Shown one piece after another: positions 26,001-30,118 of a DNA stretch of 34,477 nucleotides. Both the position numbers and the translations under genes were made by a program. The notes under the pieces are model-generated. The model ran no database searches, was not told the DNA's origin, and saw nothing but the letters and a program-made list of their open reading frames with translations. Within the stretch, counting starts at the first letter, position 1; each line of letters begins with the position of its first letter. Source of the stretch: an uncultured Candidatus Saccharibacteria bacterium (GTDB lineage Bacteria > Patescibacteriota > Minisyncoccia > Phycocordibacterales > UBA9973). The stretch is taken from NCBI GenBank assembly GCA_964519485.1, contig CAZFKY010000001.1, positions 1-34,477 on the forward strand, in the 5' to 3' direction.

Positions 26001-28188
26001 AAGAATCATCTCCGAAAGCTCCTTGGATAATACTGAGAGTTGTAGAATTTGGAGCACCTGCACCACCGGTCAGTGTGGGAGCAGTCTTAAACAAAAGTGT
26101 AGATACTCCAGCCCCCGGACTAGCACCCAAAGAAGTACCTCTAAATAAAACAGAGGCTCCGGCCGTGCGTGTCAGAGATGCAAATTGCATTGTAGTAGAC
26201 CCTCCCGACCCGGGCGTGATAGTAACGACATTGTCACCCGATTGCGTTGCTATACCTATAGTGAGAGCTCCGGCGGTCTCATCTGAAGCTTCAGAACTTG
26301 AACCAATAAAATTAAAATTACCACCATTCATAGTGAGGGCTAGGGTATCGGCAATACGATCAACCACATCAGTAGTGCTATTGTCGAGTGTAAGTGTAGA
26401 TCCAGCACTTATGGTCATAGTAGTAGAAAGTGGCATAGCACCAGAACTATTCAAAACCAAAGAACCACCATTTATATTTGTAGCTCCAGTAAAGTTATTG
26501 AAGGCTTGCAGAGTCAAAACACCACCATTGGTTTTTGTCAGTGTTGCAGTCGTACCATATATAGGAGCAGTGGAGGTAAAAGTAGTATTTCCCTCACCAC
26601 CGATAGTCAAGCCCAAGGTCGTAGCTGAGAGACCCTTGCTATCTATAGTAAGAGTAGTGCTTATGTCGGATTCAATCATCGCTGCCGCACCTAGGGTGAG
26701 TAATCCAGTGATAGTGTTATTACCAGTAGTGTTTCTTATTGCGCCACTATATAAATGACCTGTTCCTGAAAATGTAATATACTCTGGTATTGATAAACCC
26801 GTGCCGTCTATCTGCAAAGTGGCTCCTGCAGTAACAGTAGTAATACCATCTATAGTACCCAAGGCCAAGCTGTCTTGAATTTTTAGTACGCCGAGGCTCA
26901 CAGTGGTAGCACCAGTATATTTATTGGCTCTTGTTAGAGTCACAGTTCCTGTTGTACTTTTTGTTAATGTACCAGCTGCACCAGAAATAATCGCACTAAT
27001 AGTACCATTATAGACTGTCCAAGTAGCACTAGAAAGCACGCCTGTTGACCCAGTAATTGTACCATTGGCTAAATCCAGTGTTCCCAAAGTGACGGTTCCC
27101 ACCATATCAGAAAAAGTTGAAATATCTAGAGTTCCGCCTGTTATCGTAACAGCACTAGAAAGAAGCGCATTGTCTACTCCATACAACACAGTTCCTGCAT
27201 TAATGGTAAATACACCCGAATTGGTATTTGGGAAATTAAAAGTTATTGTCCCAGAACCATTTTTAGTAATAGAGCCACTACCCGATATGGGTGCTTTAGA
27301 AAAAGCCATATTACCAGATCCATCAAAAACCAATGCAAAATTTCCAGTAATACCCCCTGTCATATTAAGAGTACCGGCGTCTGAAGCTATTTCTGTACCA
27401 CCAGTTGAAGTTAAAGTAATTAGACCACCGAAAGTATTTGTACCACTAATATTTCTCAATGCGCCACCATTAGACACTCCATATCCTCTCAGTGTTAGAG
27501 CTTCATAACTGACATTAATATCGCCTTGAAGCTCCAACGCAGCACCACCCACAACTTCTGTACCAGCTAGAATTGTACCCAGTGCTGTAGAATGACGGGC
27601 ATTAATTACTCCAACATTTATTTTAGTAATACCACCATATGTATTGGCTCCAGTTAGTATCAACGTTCCAGTTCCTTCTTTGTTAAAACCACCCGCACCA
27701 GATATTCTGCCACTTATTGTTAAAGATTCAGATGTATTGTTTACATAAATATCACGAACAACATCTATACGAATATCAAGAGCAATAGTGTTTCCACCAG
27801 AAGCCACACTATCTGTAATACCAGCAAGACCTTGCCCTAATATTATTCTATTACCAGATAATGTATAACCACTGCCAGATAAAGTAATAGAGTTTATGAT
27901 TGTGTTTTCTGTGAGATCGTTTGAGTTTGAAAGATTAGAAGCTCCACCCGGGAACACAAGATCATCACCAGTGACAGGTGCAGTACCTCCCCAGTTGCCA
28001 GGATTAGACCAGAGATTGCTAGATGCTCCTGTCCAAGTCCTAGTGGCTGCTTCTACTTTTGGAGTGTTAAAAGAAAATAATACTATTAAAATAGAAATAA
28101 AAAATCCAAGCCTAAAAAACGACTTTGTAAAATTAGTTTTGTGAAATTTATCTACAACATTTCTCAAGATATATTTATTATACAACAA
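11005..28188 (-). CDS. Giant (5,727-aa) secreted fibre/adhesin-like protein with a PATR-repeat N-terminal half, beta-helix-like super-repeats and a C-terminal lectin-like domain
   Basis: A single uninterrupted 17,184-nt frame. It has an N-terminal signal peptide and more than a dozen GxGTLxLxGxNTYTGxTTIxxGTLxLG-type repeats. Composition is Thr/Gly/Ser/Ala/Asn-rich and it ends in a poly-Gly tail. The frame starts at a TTG (28188, or 28167), and there is no in-frame ATG for roughly the first 290 codons. Confidence 0.93.
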   Translation of the reverse strand: MLYNKYILRNVVDKFHKTNFTKSFFRLGFFISILIVLFSFNTPKVEAATRTWTGASSNLWSNPGNWGGTAPVTGDDLVFPGGASNLSNSNDLTENTIINSITLSGSGYTLSGNRIILGQGLAGITDSVASGGNTIALDIRIDVVRDIYVNNTSESLTISGRISGAGGFNKEGTGTLILTGANTYGGITKINVGVINARHSTALGTILAGTEVVGGAALELQGDINVSYEALTLRGYGVSNGGALRNISGTNTFGGLITLTSTGGTEIASDAGTLNMTGGITGNFALVFDGSGNMAFSKAPISGSGSITKNGSGTITFNFPNTNSGVFTINAGTVLYGVDNALLSSAVTITGGTLDISTFSDMVGTVTLGTLDLANGTITGSTGVLSSATWTVYNGTISAIISGAAGTLTKSTTGTVTLTRANKYTGATTVSLGVLKIQDSLALGTIDGITTVTAGATLQIDGTGLSIPEYITFSGTGHLYSGAIRNTTGNNTITGLLTLGAAAMIESDISTTLTIDSKGLSATTLGLTIGGEGNTTFTSTAPIYGTTATLTKTNGGVLTLQAFNNFTGATNINGGSLVLNSSGAMPLSTTMTISAGSTLTLDNSTTDVVDRIADTLALTMNGGNFNFIGSSSEASDETAGALTIGIATQSGDNVVTITPGSGGSTTMQFASLTRTAGASVLFRGTSLGASPGAGVSTLLFKTAPTLTGGAGAPNSTTLSIIQGAFGDDSLSGDGTDMVTYGRGNSNGLRLLNGAGFSGEYASDFATTNANVKLTASTAAVTSTINSLILSGSGSISNPGSAQVVTLTSGNVLNTASSATIDGANTTIAGGSVELTINASSNITISSLITTTGGLTKDGAGTLTFSTAKTYTGLTSVNEGTLLYGINNAISTGNVTVNGGILDIATFTDSVGAVILQNGTITGSTGVLTGTSYNFREGTVSAIIGGTGVVVTRIATNTSADSVVLMTRNNTYTGATTITSGILKIGGAGDGVNSPLGDAVGATTVANIAALDLNGYTLSTTEPLSLAGLGYGPGTSVAAGNSNMGALMNSVNTPVSYSGTITLTAAARINADYGALTISSAINSAAIGLTVGGFSDITISGVIALTTGALTKDGIGNFIASGNNTYTGATTISMGTLKLGGAGSGANTPLGTTGGITTVALGARLDLNGFNLVTAEPLTLNGVGYGLGDFASGSLINSSGSAVTYSGLITLGSTGVLIKADSGDISLTNAGTISGATFALTLGGSGVGTLASIIGTGSATVTKIGIGTWTLSGQNTFTGALSVNLGILKLGASGGATNTPVGTNAGGVFVYSGAVFDFNGFTLPTTETLTINGRGIGNGGSIVGSSGTFGGSITQASDSRITNNSGTMTITGAVGGAFSLYVGGSGNITFSAVIPAVALSIIKQGSGTFTVTGANLYTGITRVDAGTFAYAATTTLVATNLIMNGGTFNNGANADTIGTVTLVGGTIANSAALTGTAYTLESGTVSGILAGAVAVTKNTNNTVTLTGVNTISSTMTINAGTVVISGSGSAVSVSAITINPTATLTLDNSTTAVASRILDSLVLTMNDGNLNFIGNAAGTSSETMGQLLLSSGHNIVTVIPGAGGSTTLTFGAATSFSRTAGATVLFRGTSFGSTPAANVSTLMFTTAPTLTGAAGAANSTTISVIKGAFGDSSLSGTGSDMVTYNVGNTNGLRLLNGAGFSGEYSATLAANANVKLTGNVAASTVSINSLTLNGFGITNAAATITMASASLSGNILMNSATSIAGANTTIGITTFELDVLATANATISAVIGTATTGLLTLSGSGNTITLSAANLYTGITYVNDITLTWGVSNALSSGGLTIVDGTANLNGNSDTIGALSLRVGTVTTGAGTLTLGGTFTTIADANKTSLVTGNLGLGAARTFDIADGLMDNDAVITAVISGAFAPTKSTGTGVLVFAGDNSYTGLTTVSAGTLRLGASGGVTNTPLGTTGAGTTISGANSALDLNGYTLGTSEALTLSGALGAGALQNQSSAAVSYSGLITLGAASTIISNYGDINITNTGNITGNTFALTIGGAGNGTLSSNLNTTTGTLTKNGLGVWTISGATSTFTGAVTVSAGTLKLGAAGGASNTPLGTSAGGVSVTSGAIFDLNGFTLGTAETATINGTGIASTGAFINSSNNTISYTGNIVMGAASRVANHGTGVWTVSGAISGNFALTVVAVGNFTQATNSVWSGTGTLVKEGSGTLILGGQNTMTGAMTVSTGKLQLGASGGATNTPLGTNAGGVTVSDGAVLDLSTFSLGGASTYETLNLSGTGIGNGGALTSSATGNSNFGAMTVSSNTRITNNGAGILTFGGTITAANLRNLAIDGSGPVTISGVYGASATTATITKYGSGTLTISAVSVTTGLVRINGGTLKYGIADALATPAVTVAGGTWDLGGFSEGGTTLIGAVTLIDGSIVNTGGAATIASSAAYTVENGTISAVLAGGAIALNKNTGGTVTLSAANTFTGLTTINAGTLAWGINDALSSGNLTVIGGFANLATFTDTVGTVTLTNGGITSSSGVLTGTSYAFSSGTVSAILAGAIGMTKTTAGTVTLSGSNTYTGTTTITLGTLRANSTTAIGNGSVTNTLIFNGGTLQAGGNISSPSTRAVTLTSVGVIDTNGYTVTLAGTVGSASGLTKNGIGTLSITGAVTLGAALNVNNGTFDQASTLVANSTITVASAGVWQNIGTGQITLASTVTNSGIITINSNNGTQCVDGADSILIRSSVNNTTRAWSGTGTFNIYNVDVDDMTGSVTIYTSTKSGDTTWTVGGCGTTVSGTSNTTGTVKFAINGVLSGQSAVIGGGTWSASNVAISSGQVLVAWIDAVADAAESTAIAKYDGTGNMTGIVLNTNVLSIGSVDDQSMTLTNLDPTSIGYDCTDDEDVMYSVSSSTLNVQGTGCAGGANSYTGETLQIESGDTLVLSGSENINTENLTVTGTLTAATTGTITLAGSGTPLVVSGTLTNTGNTIAYTGSSPAITALTTYNNLTVNGSGTATIGGTTTVAGTLTATTAVANNSTLTVSGGLAGATLTNGATGVLNIGFASAPSITTLDATATGNVVNYTAAAPNCKVTTYDDLNFTGSGTVTCAVTTVTGDLATSGTVSWTTGASLAVTGNITVGNGTTLTQGTGFTLGAVNLTIGAGASGIFAGGNSAINLTGNLLVNTGGAFTSTSGTLTIGGNFTNTPATTTGFAHNNGTVKFNTTSTATIAGATTFYGFDVSGIGAAKTVRFTAGTTFNFNGPANSFVVTGTSGNLITITSTSTAVWLADFLNTQNTVTYVNLQHSGCSSSAVVSLDSTSVDDPTATINDSTCWSFPVVGVVVSGTIYTNEGVTPLTGVSLTVRVAKNGVLAQSASSVSGTGAYTLPAVGSAVAGDVFTIFVDSATPSQQASAVTKVADGTNPVTIDLYAQRVIVRNENGVATTNTNMGAYDSANNANIKFTESAGNLTVASGNKLLVWTGNTFTPGGTVTTTAASTSGNPDGDVLIQSGATLAMGTNALSVGGDFTNGGTFTYGGGQTTTFTATGTGFTIEDGSSNFDTLVFNGSGGGWTFSSGLTTVGGVTITAGTLTTSANTLTIPGDLTVNGTLSGSGAGSITVNGAVVGTGTINISGNTFEQRVSAAKNFGTTSGTNNWTFNNLTFSNSHASSPFTITTQSGTGGITVTGSLLVGKAGDAVGAVTTLNAGGKTWTLSSASTPLVILSSPQGVFTGATSTLDFTGNGVTIPAQPAGTTFNNVGFKPSSSSQQILSAGTYTIGGALTVGDGTNAGVSAVLNDPAFTVNGTTTIAANAIFTDGDGVFNFVGDLTVDGTLSGGAVHNVFANGNVVGVGRINLFNATFEQRVASSKNFGTTSGSNNWDFATLKFSNSSGSPVTITASSGGSGGIYGFFSVNVGLGADSASTTLDAGSRTWVTGQASTGGSTNGSLVVNASRGVFTPNASTFGFEGFSTGNSVASATYYNLNIGSISDTVAGGTFTASGNITVQNVLTVGNASSTNADTFVLSSTTLTLSGTGTPLVFAGSSKGLLSPGTSTVKYTGNGATSTAASYNNLELSPAGATQNIMGAGTYNIGGTLTVGNGTNNGATAATNNPIINVTGATTIAANATFTTGGGAVSLADLTVNGTMSGSGAGNISATGNVAGTGTINISGNTFTHNFAGINKNFGTTSGTNNWTFGSLTFTGSSTTSTIQSGSGSITVSGVMTISSSTSLDSGSKTIILSGTGTPLVISGTFIPNTGTVQYTGATSNVAPTTYNNITLGGAGTYTLPASDITIRGNWISNGGTVTKSASNKIIFAKGGGGTQNLNGGSSDLGDIQISANSGATTLALTGNTKVTTILVDASQTLSTVASTFTVTGSGSGALRPFINNGTTITNINMDYEGTSATDIETTNVGYNTLSLGTTMDLASGVTYTMNGNVIVAGILAVGNNSSFNADILDLGSTTLTLSSGIGTPLSLSGSNKGTIVYGTSTVRYTGSVLGVVTSAAASYYNLEFLSSSSTGITIASGTTNVANNLVIGDGSHAGVITTNNPVINVTGSTTIAAGAVYGVASGVSSITTNDLIVNGTINKSGSGTGTINVSGNLTGSGVIDFSTCFGTTCIVNIDVASNKNFGGSGSIPAGDWKFQVLNINSSPSSTVTLNSAGTSNIYVGYSLTVGAGTTLDLGSGNRNLYFTSTAFSSPFVITGSFVPNTGTVAYTGTLQNVTATTYNNLTLGGSSTYTLPASDITIRGNLVVNASATVTKSASNKIIFAKGGGGTQNLNGGSSDLGNIQISANSGATTLALSGDTKVTTLLVDASQTFAPSFYTTTITGTGTGSSRPFINNGIFSGTSSTIDYEGQTGTTDVETTTYGNLTLGGTSDALTGVTYNMSGSNVVSGTLTVGNAGSTNTDTLSLGSSSLTTSTLSFANSKSTLSAGSSTVIYTGPGGTNLPALTYNNLQISPSAGASASKFLSGTTIVNGYFTVGNGSNPAAFSFAVNNPTVTINGTTTISNNATLSLGSSANTTLVGDVVVDGTLNGSTGGGSLIVNGNMTGAGTVNTDVPVTMQVASTKNLGQTSGNNNWTFNTLTLSSSSGSQAVAVSTGGTGNIIVGVVTVSLNTTLNMGSDNRVLELTGATPLVINGTFASGNSTVVYSGSTQNVVASIYNNLTLTGSGTFTLPSSDITVRGNTVVSSGPTVNKSASNKVIFAKGLAGTQTLNTNGNNSDLGIIQISANTGNTTLSILSDVVATSAIIDANQTLSVGAHTLEFSLNNGTPITLNGTLSASTTGSNIIFNSGSGNTTNIPGNITYYDLTMKGPGTFVPSSGTMIVHRLDGTNAGNPNINLNTNDPNLTVNADFDTHGNVIASNTGILTLRGNFAVQGTFTHNNGTVVLDPIPDVVLIKSATYYNLNNETPGHRINFAVAGNLIIANQMNFHGTPTEPIWIGSPDNGSIWYITFSTTPNGILDFVVLSDVGCNASQNYSGPKDHIFKVGVNNGSCWGFVAVGGGTAVGGGGGGGDSGGGTAVGGGGFGHGGFNGGGGEGNSGGGGGELPQAFTGSNGVPLVGYDSSWNVLNGAFALNSNAVMSNAAGVDTMARWNVGAFNDNQFAELVLPALSSGNYMGVGVRLQSGAQSGYGAYSDSTNVKIIKWSSGAPTTLYTGTAFNPGERIRLEITGTTLTLKQDGVVVTTTTDSTYSTGRPGLVGKGNSSDTRGDDFYADSLASQGGGGGGGGGDAP
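11050..11560 (-). other. C-terminal concanavalin-A/LamG-like (lectin-type jelly-roll) domain of the giant protein
   Basis: LPQAFTGSNGVPLVGYDSSWNVLNGAFALNSN..ARWNVGAFNDNQFAELVL..YMGVGVRLQSGAQSGYGAY..IKIIKWSSGAPTTLYTG..GERIRLEITGTTLTLKQDGVVV..GRPGLVGKGNSSDTRGDDFYA. The alternating beta pattern and the W/F/Y landmarks resemble LamG/ConA-like domains. This call rests on recognition only. Confidence 0.5.
11560..11710 (-). repeat. Gly-rich linker with a direct DNA repeat
   Basis: It encodes GGGTAVGGGGGGGDSGGGTAVGGGGFGHGGFNGGGGEGNSGGGGGE. On the plus strand, ctccaccaccgacagctgtaccaccacca occurs twice (about 11631-11659 and 11676-11704). Confidence 0.8.
13814..13939 (-). repeat. 126-nt high-identity core, copy A
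   Basis: 120 of 126 nt are identical to 15183-15308 (offset exactly 1,369 nt). The flanks of the same repeat unit are clearly more diverged, roughly 70% by eye. Confidence 0.9.
15183..15308 (-). repeat. 126-nt high-identity core, copy B
   Basis: Same comparison as 13814-13939, counted by hand: six mismatches (T/A, T/C, A/G, A/T, G/A, G/A). Confidence 0.9.
20150..28040 (-). repeat. PATR (autotransporter-associated beta-strand repeat, TIGR02601/PF12951-type) array, ~2,600 aa
   Basis: Examples: KEGTGTLILTGANTYGGITKINVGVINA, KDGAGTLTFSTAKTYTGLTSVNEGTLLYG, KDGIGNFIASGNNTYTGATTISMGTLKLGG, KSTGTGVLVFAGDNSYTGLTTVSAGTLRLGA, KEGSGTLILGGQNTMTGAMTVSTGKLQLGA, KTTAGTVTLSGSNTYTGTTTITLGTLRAN. Confidence 0.85.
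28048..28188 (-). other. Sec-type signal peptide of the giant protein
   Basis: ..KSFFRLGFFISILIVLFSFNTPKVEA|ATRTW shows a basic n-region, a hydrophobic core and a V-E-A cleavage motif. Confidence 0.7.
28177..28182 (-). promoter_or_regulatory. TATAAT hexamer at the 5' end of the giant gene
   Basis: Minus strand reads ttg-TATAAT-aaatatatc-TTG(28167). The hexamer lies inside the ORF if translation starts at TTG 28188, and 9 nt upstream of the alternative TTG at 28167. Confidence 0.25.
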
Positions 28189-28286
28189 TTAATTTTCAAT
28201 TGCGCTAATAAAATTAAAAGAGCACAATAAAATATATATTAGTGTCAATATATTAAATTCAAATACATAAAAAGCAAATTTTGTTA

Positions 28287-28292
28287 TATAAT
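28287..28292 (+). promoter_or_regulatory. TATAAT hexamer 10 nt upstream of ATG 28303
   Basis: ttgt-TATAAT-taatgtgagt-ATG. No convincing -35 or SD sequence is present. Confidence 0.3.
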
Positions 28293-28302
28293 TAATGTGA
28301 GT

Positions 28303-29082
28303 ATGGACGAAGAGCAGGAAAACCTAATAAAAAAATACGATACGAAAATTCGTCGTACTTTTAATGAAAAGTCAGGTAAATGGTACTTTTCTATTGTTGA
28401 TGTTATAGAAGTTACAGGCAAAACCTCTGATGCCAGAAATTATTGGAAGGTTTTAAAAAATCGTTTGAATAAAACTCAAAACCAGTTGGTTACAAGCTGT
28501 AACCAGCTTAAAATGGAGTCCTCTGATGGTAAATTCTACCTTACCGATACCGGAGATAGAAGTACGATAATAGAATTGCTTAGGCTGGTTTCCAGTAATC
28601 ATATACCCTCTTTTGAGGCATATTTTGACTCTTTGTCTTCCCCAAAAAGCGAGAATGTGATCTCTTTGAACAAAATCAAACTTGAGCCAATAATAAAATC
28701 TAAAAACCAAAAAGAATATGCTGCCTTGAGTTATCCACAGACAGAAGACACGGGAGCTGATTTTTTAATTTCGATCGATCTATATCGTAAAGAAAATTTT
28801 TTAATCTTAGAAGCCTTCATAGCTGGAGTATACCTAGCTGATTTAGAAATCATAGCCACTTGTGACAACCTGACCATACGAGGTAAAAGAGAGTTCAGAA
28901 ATAAAATAAATATCCAAGACTATCATAACCAAGAAATATCTTGGGGTATATTTTATCGTAAAATCAAACTACCTTTCGAAATAGATATAAATAGAATCGA
29001 AGCATTCGATAACCGAGGTCTCCTAACTGTTAAAATGAAAACAATAGATAAATCTTACTCCAGGAAAATAAAAATAATGTAA
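28303..29082 (+). CDS. Bro-N (phage antirepressor-type DNA-binding) domain fused to an Hsp20/alpha-crystallin domain. ATG 28303 is preferred; the track start at 28297 is a GTG.
   Basis: The Bro-N-like block (nt ~28333-28611) reads IRRTFNEKSGKWYFSIVDVIEVTGKTSDARNYWKVLKNRL..GKFYLTDTGDRSTIIELLRLV. The alpha-crystallin domain (nt ~28759-29046) reads ISIDLYRKENFLILEAFIAGVYLADLEIIATCDNLTIRGKRE..EISWGIFYRKIKLPFEIDINRIEAFDNRGLLTVKMKTI. Confidence 0.75.
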   Translation: MDEEQENLIKKYDTKIRRTFNEKSGKWYFSIVDVIEVTGKTSDARNYWKVLKNRLNKTQNQLVTSCNQLKMESSDGKFYLTDTGDRSTIIELLRLVSSNHIPSFEAYFDSLSSPKSENVISLNKIKLEPIIKSKNQKEYAALSYPQTEDTGADFLISIDLYRKENFLILEAFIAGVYLADLEIIATCDNLTIRGKREFRNKINIQDYHNQEISWGIFYRKIKLPFEIDINRIEAFDNRGLLTVKMKTIDKSYSRKIKIM

Positions 29083-29086
29083 TCTT

Positions 29087-30109
29087 CTATTTCAGGCTAT
29101 CAGAAAATTCATTTACTGCATCGTAAATTTTCTTTGAAATTTTCTGAATTTGCAATTTTTCAGAGTTTAAATTTCCACCTTTAGTCATAATACAAAGTAT
29201 ATAAGGTGTCTTTGTATGATACACAATTCCACAATCATGGAGCTCTATCTTAAGACTTTTGTCTCCTTGAAATAATTCTCGTTCTCCATACTTATGACTA
29301 ACCACAACATCATTTGGCACTCCACCAACAATACCATCTTTAAACACAGCTTTTGATAATATTTGCAGAGCCTCTTCTGAGTTTTCAGGACTCAGATAAG
29401 AAGCGTTATATAGAACCAATAAAAATCGAGCTATGTCTCTAGTGGTAACAAAATCTTTCTCAGCAATTTCTCCATCAGTTGATGGTAATGGGATTTTCAT
29501 GTCATCGAAAATAGACCGAAGAGAATCCTTTCTGTATTTATAAAGTAATTGAAGTGCATTATTATCAGAATTGATAATCATTTCAATCATCAATTCTTTG
29601 ACTGTATAAGTTCTACCAGGGGTAATAGTGCCGTTGCCTAGATTTTGAACAGTATTGAAGTCTTTTCCTTGGTATATAATCTTTTGCTCAAATAAATCTT
29701 TTTCTGTCTCGTGGAGTTTATAATATGAGATAAGCATTGGTAGCTTTAATAAACTTGCAGGAATAAAGGTATCTGAAGCATTAACACTAAACCAGCCTGA
29801 ATTCTTCAAATTTAAAAAAAATACTCCTGTTTTTATATCACTCCTTTCTGCCATCACATCTTGCACGAGAATTTTTAACTTTCTTTCTGCGGGAAACCAC
29901 TTTAAGGTCTCCTCTTCGTTACCATAACCAGAATTTAATATTGGTTTAATAAATTTATATTTACCATTATCTAAACGGCTGTCTGCATTGATTGGACTAT
30001 TTTTATAGATATCAGTAAAAAACCCTGCGTAAGAAAACAAAAACACAATAACTCCCCCAAAAACAAAGCCTATTACTAATAATTTATATTTATTAATTAA
30101 ATCTTTCAT
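29087..30109 (-). CDS. Membrane-anchored class-A beta-lactamase-fold serine hydrolase (PBP/DD-peptidase-like)
   Basis: The N-terminal TM is LLVIGFVFGGVIVFLFSYAGFF. S-x-x-K is present in PASLLKLP (nt 29745-29756) and S-D-N in INSDNNA. HKYGE sits at the KTG position. Confidence 0.75.
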   Translation of the reverse strand: MKDLINKYKLLVIGFVFGGVIVFLFSYAGFFTDIYKNSPINADSRLDNGKYKFIKPILNSGYGNEEETLKWFPAERKLKILVQDVMAERSDIKTGVFFLNLKNSGWFSVNASDTFIPASLLKLPMLISYYKLHETEKDLFEQKIIYQGKDFNTVQNLGNGTITPGRTYTVKELMIEMIINSDNNALQLLYKYRKDSLRSIFDDMKIPLPSTDGEIAEKDFVTTRDIARFLLVLYNASYLSPENSEEALQILSKAVFKDGIVGGVPNDVVVSHKYGERELFQGDKSLKIELHDCGIVYHTKTPYILCIMTKGGNLNSEKLQIQKISKKIYDAVNEFSDSLK

Positions 30110-30118
30110 ATTAAATAA

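Noticed and set aside
12480-28040. Possibility that the extensive repetition is a CRISPR array or non-coding satellite
   Set aside because: The repeats are long, diverged and in-frame within one ORF. There is no short-direct-repeat plus unique-spacer architecture and no cas gene.
11557-28144. About 45 plus-strand ORFs (60-227 aa) tiling the antisense strand of the giant gene, for example 26075-26758, 20591-21118, 12991-13461 and 27065-27508
   Set aside because: They are antisense to a continuous 17.2-kb ORF with clear protein repeats. The Thr/Gly/Ser/Ala/Asn codon bias of the sense strand depletes stop codons on the opposite strand. Their translations are low-complexity Pro/Val-rich strings with no motifs.
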